Assembly (NCBI GenBank): GCA_016235455.1 | Contig: JACRKZ010000025.1 | Location: forward strand, 1-24,276 | Direction of reading: 5' to 3' | Source: Armatimonadota bacterium | Lineage (GTDB): Bacteria > Armatimonadota > UBA10988 | DNA length: 24,276 nucleotides | Shown: positions 15,579 to 23,711 of the stretch, one piece after another | Layout of the letters: each line of letters begins with the position of its first letter | How positions within the stretch are numbered: the stretch's first letter is position 1 | Notes under the pieces: model-generated | Seen by the model: the letters and a program-made list of their open reading frames with translations, nothing else | What the model was told of the DNA's origin: nothing | Database searches by the model: none | Translations under genes and position numbers: made by a program

Positions 15579-17648
15579 ATGCGCACGACCGCCCTCTGTG
15601 CCGGATTTGCCCTGAGCGTAGCCTCGGCCGCGGAGCCGCCGGCCGCCTGGGGGCCCTGCCCCACGCCGCTCCAGATGCGTTGGTACGACGTCGGCTTCTA
15701 CGGCTTCGTACATTTCGGCATCAACACCTTCACCGACCGCGAATGGGGCTATGGCGACGAGTCGCCAGACCAGTTCGCGCCCACCGACTTCGATGCCGAC
15801 CAGATTGTCGCAGCGGCCAAGGCTGGCGGCATGAAGGGCCTCATCCTCACCTGCAAGCACCATGACGGCTTCTGCCTGTGGCCGAGCCGCTACACCGAAC
15901 ACTCGATCAAGAACAGCAAGTGGCGCGACGGCAAGGGCGACATCGTCCGCGCCATCTCCGACGCCTGCCATCGCCAGGGCATGCTGTTTGGCACCTACCT
16001 GTCGCCCTGGGACCGCAACCATGCGGAGTATGCCAGGCCCGCCTATGTCACTTACTACAAGAACCAGATCGCCGAACTGATGGCCAACTATGGACCCATC
16101 TTCGAGATGTGGTTCGACGGCGCCAATGGCGGTGACGGGTTCTACGGCGGCGCGCGCGAGAAACGCCAGATTCCTGACGGCTACTACGACTTCCCCGGCA
16201 TCGCCAGGCAGATCCGCGCGGCCGACCCGAACACGGTCATCTGGGGTGCCGGCAGCAGCGGCGACGTGACCTGGGGCGGCTCCGAGGCAGGCGTCGTGCC
16301 CGACCCCTGCTGGCCCACACTCAACAACCACAAGCGCCTCGCGCCCGGCGATCCATACGTGCCGTCCGAGGCCGACGTGTCCATCCGACCAGGCTGGTTC
16401 TACCACGCCGCGCAGGACGGCCAGGTCAAGACCGCGGCGCAGTTAGCGGACATCTGGTTCGCCTCGATCGGCCGCGGCGCCAACCTCATCCTCAACCTGC
16501 CGCCCGACCGGCGGGGCCGCATCCACGACAACGATGTTGCCGCGCTGCGGCAGTTCAAGGCCTGGCTCGACGCCACCTTCGGCACCGACCTGGCCGCCGG
16601 CGCGATGGCCACCGCCGACAACACCCGCGGTCAGGATCCGCGATTCGGCCCCGCCGCGGTGCTCGACGGCCGCGACGACACCTACTGGGCCACCGACGAC
16701 GGCGTGACGCAGGCCCAGCTCACCGTGCGGTTGCCCAAGCCCCAGCGTGTTGGCGTGGTGCGGCTGGTGGAGGCCATCGCCCTCGGCCAGCGCGTCGAGC
16801 AGGTCACCGTGGAGGCTCTGGTCGACGGCGCCTGGCAGCCGTTTGGCACCGCGCCCAACATTGGGGCGCGCCGGCTCATGCGCGGCCGACCGGTGACCAC
16901 CGACCAACTGCGCATCAGCCTGCGCTCGGGCCACGGGTGTATCGCGCTGGCGGCGCTCTCGCTGCACGTCGAGCCATTCCGGCTGGCGCCTGGCGAGGTA
17001 CGCCGCGACCAGGCCGGCCAGGTGCGGCCGCCGGCCACGCCAACGGGCCTGACGCTGCGCTACACCCTCGATGGCCAAGAGCCGACGGCCGCCTCGGCCG
17101 CGTTCTCAGAGCCGCTGCCGCTGCCGCGCGGCGGGCTGCTCAAGGTGCGCTTGTTCGCCGCCGACGGCCAGCCGGCGGGCGACAGCGTGACCCGCTCGTT
17201 CGGCCTGGTCAAAACCGGCTGGTCGGTTGTCTCCTGCTCCAGCGAGGAGAAGGACGGAGAGAACGGCGCCGCGGCCAACGCCATCGACGACAACCCCGAT
17301 ACCTTCTGGCACAGCCAATGGCGCCTGGCTCAGCCCAAGCCGCCGCACGAACTGATCATCGACCTGGGCGCGGAGGTGGAGGCCGGCGGGTTCACCTATC
17401 TGCCGCGGCAGGACACCGCGCGCGGCCGCTGCTGCGCCAGCCGCGCGCGCATCTGGCTGTCCGCGACGCACGATGCGTGGGGCGAGCCGCTGGCGCGGGC
17501 CAGCTTCGACAACATCGCCGCCAACCCCATCGAGCAGGTGGTGCGCTTCGCTGGGGCGACGCGCGGACGCTACCTGCGCGTCGTTTTCGACGCCACGGCC
17601 GACGGCGAGGCGTTCGTCACCGCGGCCGAGGTCGGATTGGTGCCTTAG
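15579..17648 (+). CDS. GH29 alpha-L-fucosidase with two F5/8-type C (CBM32-like) domains and an Fn3-like linker
   Basis: Signal peptide from ATG 15579 (ORF track 15519 runs through the hairpin). FVHFGINTFTDREWG, LTCKHHDGFCLWPS, YLSPWDRN, nucleophile WFDGA, EADVSIRPGWFYH, SIGRGANLILN, YTLDGQEPT and AIDDNPDTFWHS. Confidence 0.93.
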   Translation: MRTTALCAGFALSVASAAEPPAAWGPCPTPLQMRWYDVGFYGFVHFGINTFTDREWGYGDESPDQFAPTDFDADQIVAAAKAGGMKGLILTCKHHDGFCLWPSRYTEHSIKNSKWRDGKGDIVRAISDACHRQGMLFGTYLSPWDRNHAEYARPAYVTYYKNQIAELMANYGPIFEMWFDGANGGDGFYGGAREKRQIPDGYYDFPGIARQIRAADPNTVIWGAGSSGDVTWGGSEAGVVPDPCWPTLNNHKRLAPGDPYVPSEADVSIRPGWFYHAAQDGQVKTAAQLADIWFASIGRGANLILNLPPDRRGRIHDNDVAALRQFKAWLDATFGTDLAAGAMATADNTRGQDPRFGPAAVLDGRDDTYWATDDGVTQAQLTVRLPKPQRVGVVRLVEAIALGQRVEQVTVEALVDGAWQPFGTAPNIGARRLMRGRPVTTDQLRISLRSGHGCIALAALSLHVEPFRLAPGEVRRDQAGQVRPPATPTGLTLRYTLDGQEPTAASAAFSEPLPLPRGGLLKVRLFAADGQPAGDSVTRSFGLVKTGWSVVSCSSEEKDGENGAAANAIDDNPDTFWHSQWRLAQPKPPHELIIDLGAEVEAGGFTYLPRQDTARGRCCASRARIWLSATHDAWGEPLARASFDNIAANPIEQVVRFAGATRGRYLRVVFDATADGEAFVTAAEVGLVP

Positions 17649-17670
17649 GCCCCTGTCGCGGGCCACAAAT

Positions 17671-17711
17671 GTGCGCCAATTGACGCACTCATGGCCGTAG
17701 CGTGGTATGGT
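17671..17711 (+). promoter_or_regulatory. Candidate operator palindrome plus extended -10 element upstream of the 17782-20735 gene run
   Basis: GTGCGCCAATTGACGCAC (17671-17688) is an 18-bp palindrome with one mismatched pair and overlaps TTGACG. TGGTATGGT at 17703-17711 fits TGn-TAnnnT. The -35 to -10 spacing is 20 nt, which is non-canonical. Confidence 0.35.
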
Positions 17712-17781
17712 GGATGGCTGGCGGGTCGCTGCGACCAGCCGAGCGCCTGTCGGACGGCGCGTTTGCCAGAGGAGAGTCACC

Positions 17782-18231
17782 ATGCAGGACATCCGAGTAT
17801 GGGCTGAGGCGTTGGGTCGCCGCATGGGTAATGACCCCGTGCTGGAAGAAGACCAGACCTACACGGTTGGCGTCGAAGTTCCTGAGGGCGAGCGCGTCCT
17901 GGTGACGCTGTATGGCGACGAGATCGACGAGGGCCCCGCGATGGGCGCCCCCGTGCTCATGATGCGCGCCGCGGCGGGCGGGAGCAACGAGGAGGCCGAT
18001 CTGCAGGAACTGCTCATCGTCGGCGCCGGCACCTGGTTCGCGCGCCTGTACTTCGAGGCCGAGACCGATTCCTACGTGGCCGAAGCGGCGCTGCCCATGG
18101 TGGGCCTGACCGAGGCCATGCTGGAGCAGGCGGCCATCGAGGTCGCTGAACTCTCCATCAACGCCTACGACGTGGTTGGCGACGGCGACGATGAGGATGA
18201 TGACGAAGAAGACGACGAGGAAGAGGCGTAG
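17782..18231 (+). CDS. Highly acidic protein, possible CesT/YbjN (T3SS-chaperone-like) fold with a poly-D/E tail
   Basis: AGGAGAG RBS precedes ATG 17782; 149 aa. The helix/strand pattern and the ending LPMVGLTEAMLEQAAIEVAEL resemble YbjN/CesT-like proteins. Tail DDEDDDEEDDEEE. The CDS is solid; the fold is inferred. Confidence 0.5.
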   Translation: MQDIRVWAEALGRRMGNDPVLEEDQTYTVGVEVPEGERVLVTLYGDEIDEGPAMGAPVLMMRAAAGGSNEEADLQELLIVGAGTWFARLYFEAETDSYVAEAALPMVGLTEAMLEQAAIEVAELSINAYDVVGDGDDEDDDEEDDEEEA

Positions 18232-18266
18232 GCCGTCGGTGGCCCGCGGTTCACTGGGAGCAACAG

Positions 18267-19007
18267 ATGAGTGACGTCAAGCGAGTACTGTTCTTCTCCA
18301 AGTCGGCCGGTTTCGAGCACGACACCGTCAAGCGCGGCGACGCCGAATGGGCGCCCGCGGAGCTGTTCATGGCTCAGTTCGGCCCGGCCAACGGCTACGA
18401 GGTCGTCTGCAGCAAGGACGGCAGCCTGTTTGGCCCCGAGTACCTGGCCGGCTTCGACGCCTACGTGTTCTGCACCACGGGCAACCTCGAAGAGGTCGGT
18501 ACCGACGGTCATCCGGCGTTCCCCGCAGGCGGCAAGCAGGCCTTGCTGGACGCCGTGGCTGGTGGCAAAGGCTTCATCGGCATCCACAACGGCAGCGACA
18601 CGTTCCACGGTCCCAACGACACCGTCGACCCGTATACCGCCATGCTCGGCGGCCAGTTCCTGACCCATGGCGCCCAGCAGGACGCCAAGCAGGTCGTGGT
18701 CGACCCGGCGTTCCCCGGTCTCGAGGACCTGCCGGCCGAGTTCACCACGCATGACGAGTGGTACGTGCAGAAGAACGTCGCCGCCGACATCCACGTCATC
18801 GTCAATCAACTCACCGAGGGCATGACCGGCGAGATGTACGAGACCCGCGGGCCATACGCCTCGGTCTGGGCGCGCCGTGACGGCGATGGCCGCGTGTTCT
18901 ACATCGCCAACGGCCACCGCCCGGACAACTGGGAAGCCCCCGAGTTCAAGACCATCCTGCTGGCCGGCCTCAACTGGGTCACCGGCCGGACCGAAGCCAC
19001 CCTCTAG
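18267..19007 (+). CDS. ThuA domain-containing protein (class I glutamine amidotransferase-like fold)
   Basis: RVLFFSKSAGFEH, LLDAVAGGKGFIGIH, MLGGQFLTHG, DEWY, GRVFYIANGH and GLNWV. GGGAG RBS. Confidence 0.9.
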   Translation: MSDVKRVLFFSKSAGFEHDTVKRGDAEWAPAELFMAQFGPANGYEVVCSKDGSLFGPEYLAGFDAYVFCTTGNLEEVGTDGHPAFPAGGKQALLDAVAGGKGFIGIHNGSDTFHGPNDTVDPYTAMLGGQFLTHGAQQDAKQVVVDPAFPGLEDLPAEFTTHDEWYVQKNVAADIHVIVNQLTEGMTGEMYETRGPYASVWARRDGDGRVFYIANGHRPDNWEAPEFKTILLAGLNWVTGRTEATL

Positions 19008-19021
19008 GCTGGCGCATCCCC

Positions 19022-19441
19022 ATGAGCGTGCACCTGGCCCTCGACGTCGGCAGCGAGACGATCGGTCTGGCGGTCGGCGATCCCCAACAGGACCAGGTGC
19101 GCGCTCTCTACACACTGACCCGCATCTCGCGCAAGCGCGACCTCGCCGCGGTGGCCGAAGAGTACCGCCGTCAGCGCGCCGAAGTGCTGGTCGTCGGCTT
19201 GGCTCGCTACAAGAGCGGCGACGAAGGCGAGAGCGCCAGTCGCGCGCGCCGTATCGGCGATCTCCTCGCGGCGATGCTCGAATGCCCCATCATCTATCAG
19301 GATGAACTGCATTCGACGACCGAAGCGCGTTCACGACTGGCCGCGCAGGGCGTTTCGCCCCGCATGCTGACCGAACGGCTCGATGCCGAGGCGGCGCGGG
19401 TCATTCTCGAGATGTACTTCAAGAGGCTTCATGAACCCTGA
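19022..19441 (+). CDS. ruvX: Holliday junction resolvase-like / pre-16S rRNA nuclease RuvX (YqgF)
   Basis: LALDVGSETIGLAVGD, VVGL, QDELHSTTEA and LDAEAARVILE; 139 aa. Confidence 0.92.
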   Translation: MSVHLALDVGSETIGLAVGDPQQDQVRALYTLTRISRKRDLAAVAEEYRRQRAEVLVVGLARYKSGDEGESASRARRIGDLLAAMLECPIIYQDELHSTTEARSRLAAQGVSPRMLTERLDAEAARVILEMYFKRLHEP

Positions 19442-20735
19442 CCTGACCATCCTGGGCGGCGGCCTGGCCGGCTGCGAGGCAGCCTGGCAGGCCGCCGAGC
19501 GCGGGCTGCGCGTGCGCCTGTTCGAGATGCGGCCGACGCGCGGCACGGGCGTCCACGAGAGCGATCGACTGGCCGAGCTGGTCTGTTCGAGCAGCCTCAA
19601 ATCGACCCAGGTGGCCAGCGCCTCGGGCCTGCTCAATGGCGAGATGGACCTGCTCGGGTCGCTCATCCTGCGCTGCGGGCATGACAGCGCCATCCCCGGC
19701 GGCCAGGCACTGGCGGTCGACCGCACCGAGTTCGCCACGCGTGTCACGGCCGCCATCGCCGGCCATCAGCGCATCGAGCTGGTGCGCGAGGAAGTGACCC
19801 AGGTGCCGCGCGAGGGCCTGACCCTGGTGGCCACCGGCCCACTGACCAGCGATGCGCTGGCCGCCGACCTGGCCGCCCTGACGGGCGCGGAGCAACTCTC
19901 CTTCTTCGACGCCATCGCGCCGACGGTGGAAGTCGACAGCCTGGATCTGGACATCCTGTTCCGCGCCTCACGCTACGGCAAGGGCGGCGCCGACTACCTC
20001 AACGCGCCCATGGACCGCGAGCAGTACGAGGTGTTCTGGGAGGCGCTGACCACCGCCGAACGCTTCATGCCAAAGCACAGCGAGGACACGATCTACTTCG
20101 AGGGCTGCCTGCCGATTGAGGTCATCGCTGAACGCGGCAAGGACGCGCCGCGCTTCGGGCCGATGAAGCCGGTGGGACTGGACGATCCGCGCACGGGCCG
20201 TTGGCCGTGGGCCGTGGTGCAATTGCGCCAGGAGAACCGCGCGGGCAATCTGTACAGCCTGGTCGGCTTCCAGACCCAGCTCCGGCGCCCCGAGCAGCAG
20301 CGTGTGTTCGGCCTCATCCCCGGCCTGGCCAAGGCTGAGTACGCCCGCTGGGGCCAGGTCCATCGCAACACGTTCCTGAACTCGCCCAAGCTGCTGACGC
20401 CCGGCCTGCAACTGCGCGAGCACCCCGACATCCTGCTGGCGGGCCAACTCATCGGGGTGGAAGGCTATGTGGAGAGCGCCGCCGCCGGCTGGTTGGCTGG
20501 CGTCAACGCCGTACGCCTGCTCGCCGGCCGGGAGCCGGTGACGCCGCCGGCGACGACCATGATCGGCGCCTTGCTGCGCTATGTCAGCGATCCCTGGGTG
20601 GAGAAGTTCCAGCCCATGAACGCCAACTTCGGGCTGCTGCCGCACATCGATCTGCGCAGCAAGGCCGAGCGCAAGCAGGCCTATGCCGACCGCGCACTGG
20701 CCGAGATTCGCGATTGGCTGGCGCAACTGGACTAG
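19431..20735 (+). CDS. trmFO: Folate/FAD-dependent tRNA (uracil-54) methyltransferase TrmFO (Gid)
   Basis: ATG 19431 follows AAGAGG. GGGLAGCEAAWQ, AELVCSSSL, FFDAIAP, YFEGCLPIE, RFGPMKPVGL, VGFQT, HRNTF, AGQLIGVEGYVES and FQPMNANFG. Confidence 0.96.
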   Translation: MNPDLTILGGGLAGCEAAWQAAERGLRVRLFEMRPTRGTGVHESDRLAELVCSSSLKSTQVASASGLLNGEMDLLGSLILRCGHDSAIPGGQALAVDRTEFATRVTAAIAGHQRIELVREEVTQVPREGLTLVATGPLTSDALAADLAALTGAEQLSFFDAIAPTVEVDSLDLDILFRASRYGKGGADYLNAPMDREQYEVFWEALTTAERFMPKHSEDTIYFEGCLPIEVIAERGKDAPRFGPMKPVGLDDPRTGRWPWAVVQLRQENRAGNLYSLVGFQTQLRRPEQQRVFGLIPGLAKAEYARWGQVHRNTFLNSPKLLTPGLQLREHPDILLAGQLIGVEGYVESAAAGWLAGVNAVRLLAGREPVTPPATTMIGALLRYVSDPWVEKFQPMNANFGLLPHIDLRSKAERKQAYADRALAEIRDWLAQLD

Positions 20736-20808
20736 CCGGTGCCTCGCCCCTGGGGCTACAGTCTCACCAGAGGACAGGAGCACGACCACTCCTGCCGGGG
20801 AGACGGCC

Positions 20809-21333
20809 ATGAGCAGCGTCTTAACCCTTCCGTCGTGTGACATGAGCGCCTTCACCGAGCCGGTGGCGTCGCTGTCGGCGTCGACGACCCGCCGGCCCAA
20901 GCCGGTTCAGGTCATCGCCGGCCCAGCCGTGGTGCCGCCGCGGCCCATGCGTGATGCCGATGGTGTGGCGGTGCTGAGCTACAAGTGCAGCCCGCGCTCG
21001 GCCAACATCCTGGGGCCGCTGCCCGAGATGCAGTTGGTCCGCGCGGTCGACTTCCTGGTTTGCCGCGTCCACTGGCGGCCCAACCCGGAGCACCCGTACT
21101 ACCAGACGCCCTGCCCGCGCGATGTGTTTGGCGAGGAGTACCCGTTCGCCCAGGCCAACGTGCACCAGATTGTGCTGCAGCTGGGCGGCAAGGCGGTCAG
21201 CCTGCAGGACGAGCAGCGCCTGCTGTTCGAGCCCGGCACGTACCCATCCGCCGTGGTCGTCGATGTCAACGACCGCGTCAAGTACGACAACGACGGGCAC
21301 TATGAGGTCTGGGTGTACCGGTTCTACACCTAG
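20809..21333 (+). CDS. Hypothetical protein with a LecA/PA-IL-like lectin domain
   Basis: GGGGAG RBS precedes ATG 20809; 174 aa. YPFAQANVHQIVLQLGG and VVVDVNDRVKYDNDGHYEVWV resemble the LecA segments ALVMKIG and ITLIYND...YGNNSGSFSV. No signal peptide. Confidence 0.5.
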   Translation: MSSVLTLPSCDMSAFTEPVASLSASTTRRPKPVQVIAGPAVVPPRPMRDADGVAVLSYKCSPRSANILGPLPEMQLVRAVDFLVCRVHWRPNPEHPYYQTPCPRDVFGEEYPFAQANVHQIVLQLGGKAVSLQDEQRLLFEPGTYPSAVVVDVNDRVKYDNDGHYEVWVYRFYT

Positions 21334-21348
21334 CAGTTATGCGCCGGC

Positions 21349-22668
21349 CTAGCGCGCCGGCACGTCCGGCGGCGGGTTGGTGCCGGCAACCTGGAAGGTC
21401 ATGATGGCCTGGGTCGGCGCCTCAACGTGGGCCGCGTCGTGGGCGCTGAGGGTGACCACATAGGTCGCGTTGGCCGTGCTCGCGTTGCCCGGCACGGTCA
21501 CGCTGCCGCTGTAGATGTGGTTCTCACCCAGCACCAGCGGCACGGTCCACCCGCCCTCCGTGGTCGAGGTACGGCCCAGCGCCTGCGACGGCGCGACCTC
21601 GGCGACCACGGTGACCGGGTCGGACTCGGAGTCCACCACGATGGCCTGAATGACCAACTCGCCGCCGGCGAAGCTCAGCCGCGTCGGTACGGTGCGCTGG
21701 TCGACGATGGTCGGCGGCTTGTTCTGACCGGCGGTCGGCAGCGGCACCAGGACCCGCTGCGCCGAGTTGGCCTGGTTGGGGTTGATGTCGACCACGAAGT
21801 TGTCGACTCTGAAGCCGGGCGCCTCGATGGTCACGTTCACCTGACCGCGCACCACCGACGGCAGATGCACTTCGTTCTCGGCCGGCGCTGAGCCCGGCAG
21901 GCCGGTCGTCGTGCTGCCGACGGTAGCGCCATTCACCTTGACCGTGGCGGTGGCCACGGGGCTACTGTAGATGTAAACCTCAAACGAGCCGAAGCTCTGT
22001 GCGTCCAAGTTGGCCACGAGCTGCGCGAGAGCGGTGGGATCGGTCGTCACGTCGGGCGCGTCTGGCCGCCCGAGCTGGGCCTCGGCCAACGCCTCCAGGG
22101 CACTGACCTGCTGGTCCGACACCGGATTGCCGGTGCCCTGGCTCAGCACGATACCGGCGGCCACGGTGGACGCCTCGTTGACATTACGGGTGCGCTCCTC
22201 GGCCACCTGGAAGCTGGCCACGGTGGACGCCTCGTTGACATTACGGGTGCGCTCCTCGGCCACCTGGAAGCTGATCACCGCGGTCACCTTGTGCTGCGGC
22301 TGACCGGGAATGGCGAACGGATCGATCGCTTCGACGAGCAGCAGCGTATCGAGCGGGAGGCCGGCCGCGCGGTAGAAGCCGTCGGCATCGGCCTGCGTGG
22401 TGACTAGCAGTTGGTTGGGCTGACCCCCGCCGACAATGCGGTAGACGTTGATGATCGCGTTGGGAATGGCCGAGCCGCTGGCCGCTTGGCGACTGCGCGA
22501 CGGCACGAACACGAAGCCGTCCATGGTGCCGCGCGTGCCGCGCGCAAACCCAGGCGGCGACAACGCGTTCTGGTCAAAACCGGTGCTGCTGCAGCCCTAC
22601 AGAGCCGCAACCGCCAGACTCGTCAGCAGCGCAAGTCGCCGCGGCAATGCCCAGTTGGCCTTCATCAT
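21349..22668 (-). pseudogene. Lipoprotein with carboxypeptidase-regulatory-like/Ig-like beta-sandwich domains, interrupted by an in-frame TAG in the lipobox (pseudogene, sequence error or readthrough)
   Basis: GGGGAG-7nt-ATG at 22668 gives MMKANWALPRRLALLTSLAVAAL*GCSSTGFDQNALSPPG..., in frame with ORF 21349..22563. TAG at 22599-22597. Domains include AIPNAIINVY...TTQADADGFY, VTIEAPGF and NKPPTI...IVVDSESDPVTV. Confidence 0.7.
22159..22273. repeat. Perfect 57-bp tandem duplication (19 aa, in frame)
   Basis: GGCCACGGTGGACGCCTCGTTGACATTACGGGTGCGCTCCTCGGCCACCTGGAAGCT occurs at 22159-22215 and 22216-22272, encoding SFQVAEERTRNVNEASTVA twice. Confidence 0.95.
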
Positions 22669-22708
22669 CGACCCGCTCCCCGGCGCGGACAATCCGACGC
22701 CACATGAC

Positions 22709-22737
22709 ATTGTGCCCGCCGCAGTCGCCGCGCGCAA
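22709..22737 (-). promoter_or_regulatory. Candidate sigma70 promoter for the interrupted lipoprotein gene
   Basis: Minus strand reads TTGCGC (22737-22732), a 17-nt spacer, then CACAAT (22714-22709), about 40 nt upstream of ATG 22668. Confidence 0.4.
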
Positions 22738-22754
22738 CTACAGTGGTCTGAATA

Positions 22755-23711
22755 TCAGTTGTAGATCATCGCACAGAGCGTCTGACCCACGGCCTTCAGG
22801 CTCGCCTCGGAGCACTTGTCTGGCGTGTCCTGCATCGTGTGCCAGTAGTGGTTGCTGTTCGGGCCGGGGTAGTCCAGGTCGATCAGATCCACCGACGGCA
22901 CTCCGGCATCGATCAACGGCTTGTGGTCGTCGATGATGGCCGTACCGCCCTGGTTGACGAACTGCGTGTAGCCGAGCCGCCGCGCGGCGCCAAAGATCTT
23001 GTCGTTGAGCGCGGCGTTGGAGTAGTCGGAGTAGCTCTCGCGGGTGATGCGCAGGTTGGCATCCCCGATCATGTCCAGGTTGACCGCTTCGGCCGGCCGC
23101 CAGTTGCCCATGTTCTGCGAGAAGAAGCGCGAGCCGGCGCAGAAGCCCAGATAGGGCATGCCCTGGGTCTCCGGCAGCTGGCCCATGTCCTCCAGGTCCC
23201 AGCAGGCCAGGTAGACCGGCCGCGGCGGCGGCGTCTGCTTGAATACGCGGGCCAGTTCGATCAGCACGGCTACGCCCGACGCGGCGTCGTTGGCTCCGGG
23301 CACCGCCTTCGACTGGTTGGCCGCCGTGCCATCCTGGTCAGCCTTGGGCCGGCAGTCCCAGTGCGCGCCGATGAGCAGCGCGCCGGTGGTCGTCTGGCGG
23401 CTGGCGTTGAACCTGGCCAGCACGTTGTTGCCGGCGATGCCTGCGCCGCCCGTGGCCGGATGCATCGTGAAGGCCTGGTCCTCGACCTGCGCGGCCAGGC
23501 CGGTCAGCGTGGTCTTGATCCAGGTCAGGCAGGCGTTGCGTTCGGCCGTGCCCGGCGCGCGCGGCCCGAAGTCGCACTGGGTGCGCAGGTCGGCCATGGC
23601 GCGCGCACCGTCGAACGTCGGCGTGGTGGCCCCGGCATTGCTGCCGCCGCAGCCGAAGGCGGTGAGCAGGCAGATGCACAGAAAGGCCATGCTGGCGCGA
23701 ATGAGTCTCAT
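22755..23711 (-). CDS. M28-family zinc peptidase / type II glutaminyl cyclase-like lipoprotein
   Basis: ATG 23711 overlaps the upstream stop (ATGA). Lipobox LTAFGC. FGPRAPGT, GAHWDCRP, GANDAASGVAVL, WDLED, NLDMIG, IDDH and YWHTMQDT. The ORF-track extension to 24011 overlaps the upstream gene and is not credible. Confidence 0.85.
   Translation of the reverse strand: MRLIRASMAFLCICLLTAFGCGGSNAGATTPTFDGARAMADLRTQCDFGPRAPGTAERNACLTWIKTTLTGLAAQVEDQAFTMHPATGGAGIAGNNVLARFNASRQTTTGALLIGAHWDCRPKADQDGTAANQSKAVPGANDAASGVAVLIELARVFKQTPPPRPVYLACWDLEDMGQLPETQGMPYLGFCAGSRFFSQNMGNWRPAEAVNLDMIGDANLRITRESYSDYSNAALNDKIFGAARRLGYTQFVNQGGTAIIDDHKPLIDAGVPSVDLIDLDYPGPNSNHYWHTMQDTPDKCSEASLKAVGQTLCAMIYN

Noticed and set aside
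20733-20762. Promoter for the LecA-like gene (TACAGT at 20757-20762)
   Set aside because: Plausible -10 but no convincing -35 or extended -10.
21334-21348. Terminator between the convergent genes at 21333 and 21349
   Set aside because: Only a 15-nt gap with no convincing stem plus U-tract.
22159-22273. 57-bp repeats as a CRISPR array or attachment site
   Set aside because: The copies are directly adjacent with no spacer, are in frame within a gene, and have no cas or integrase gene nearby.
22597-22599. Pyrrolysine or genome-wide TAG reassignment
   Set aside because: TAG terminates many intact genes here (1671, 3606, 15517, 17648, 18231, 19007, 20735, 21333), no pyl genes are in the window, and a lipobox is an implausible Pyl site.
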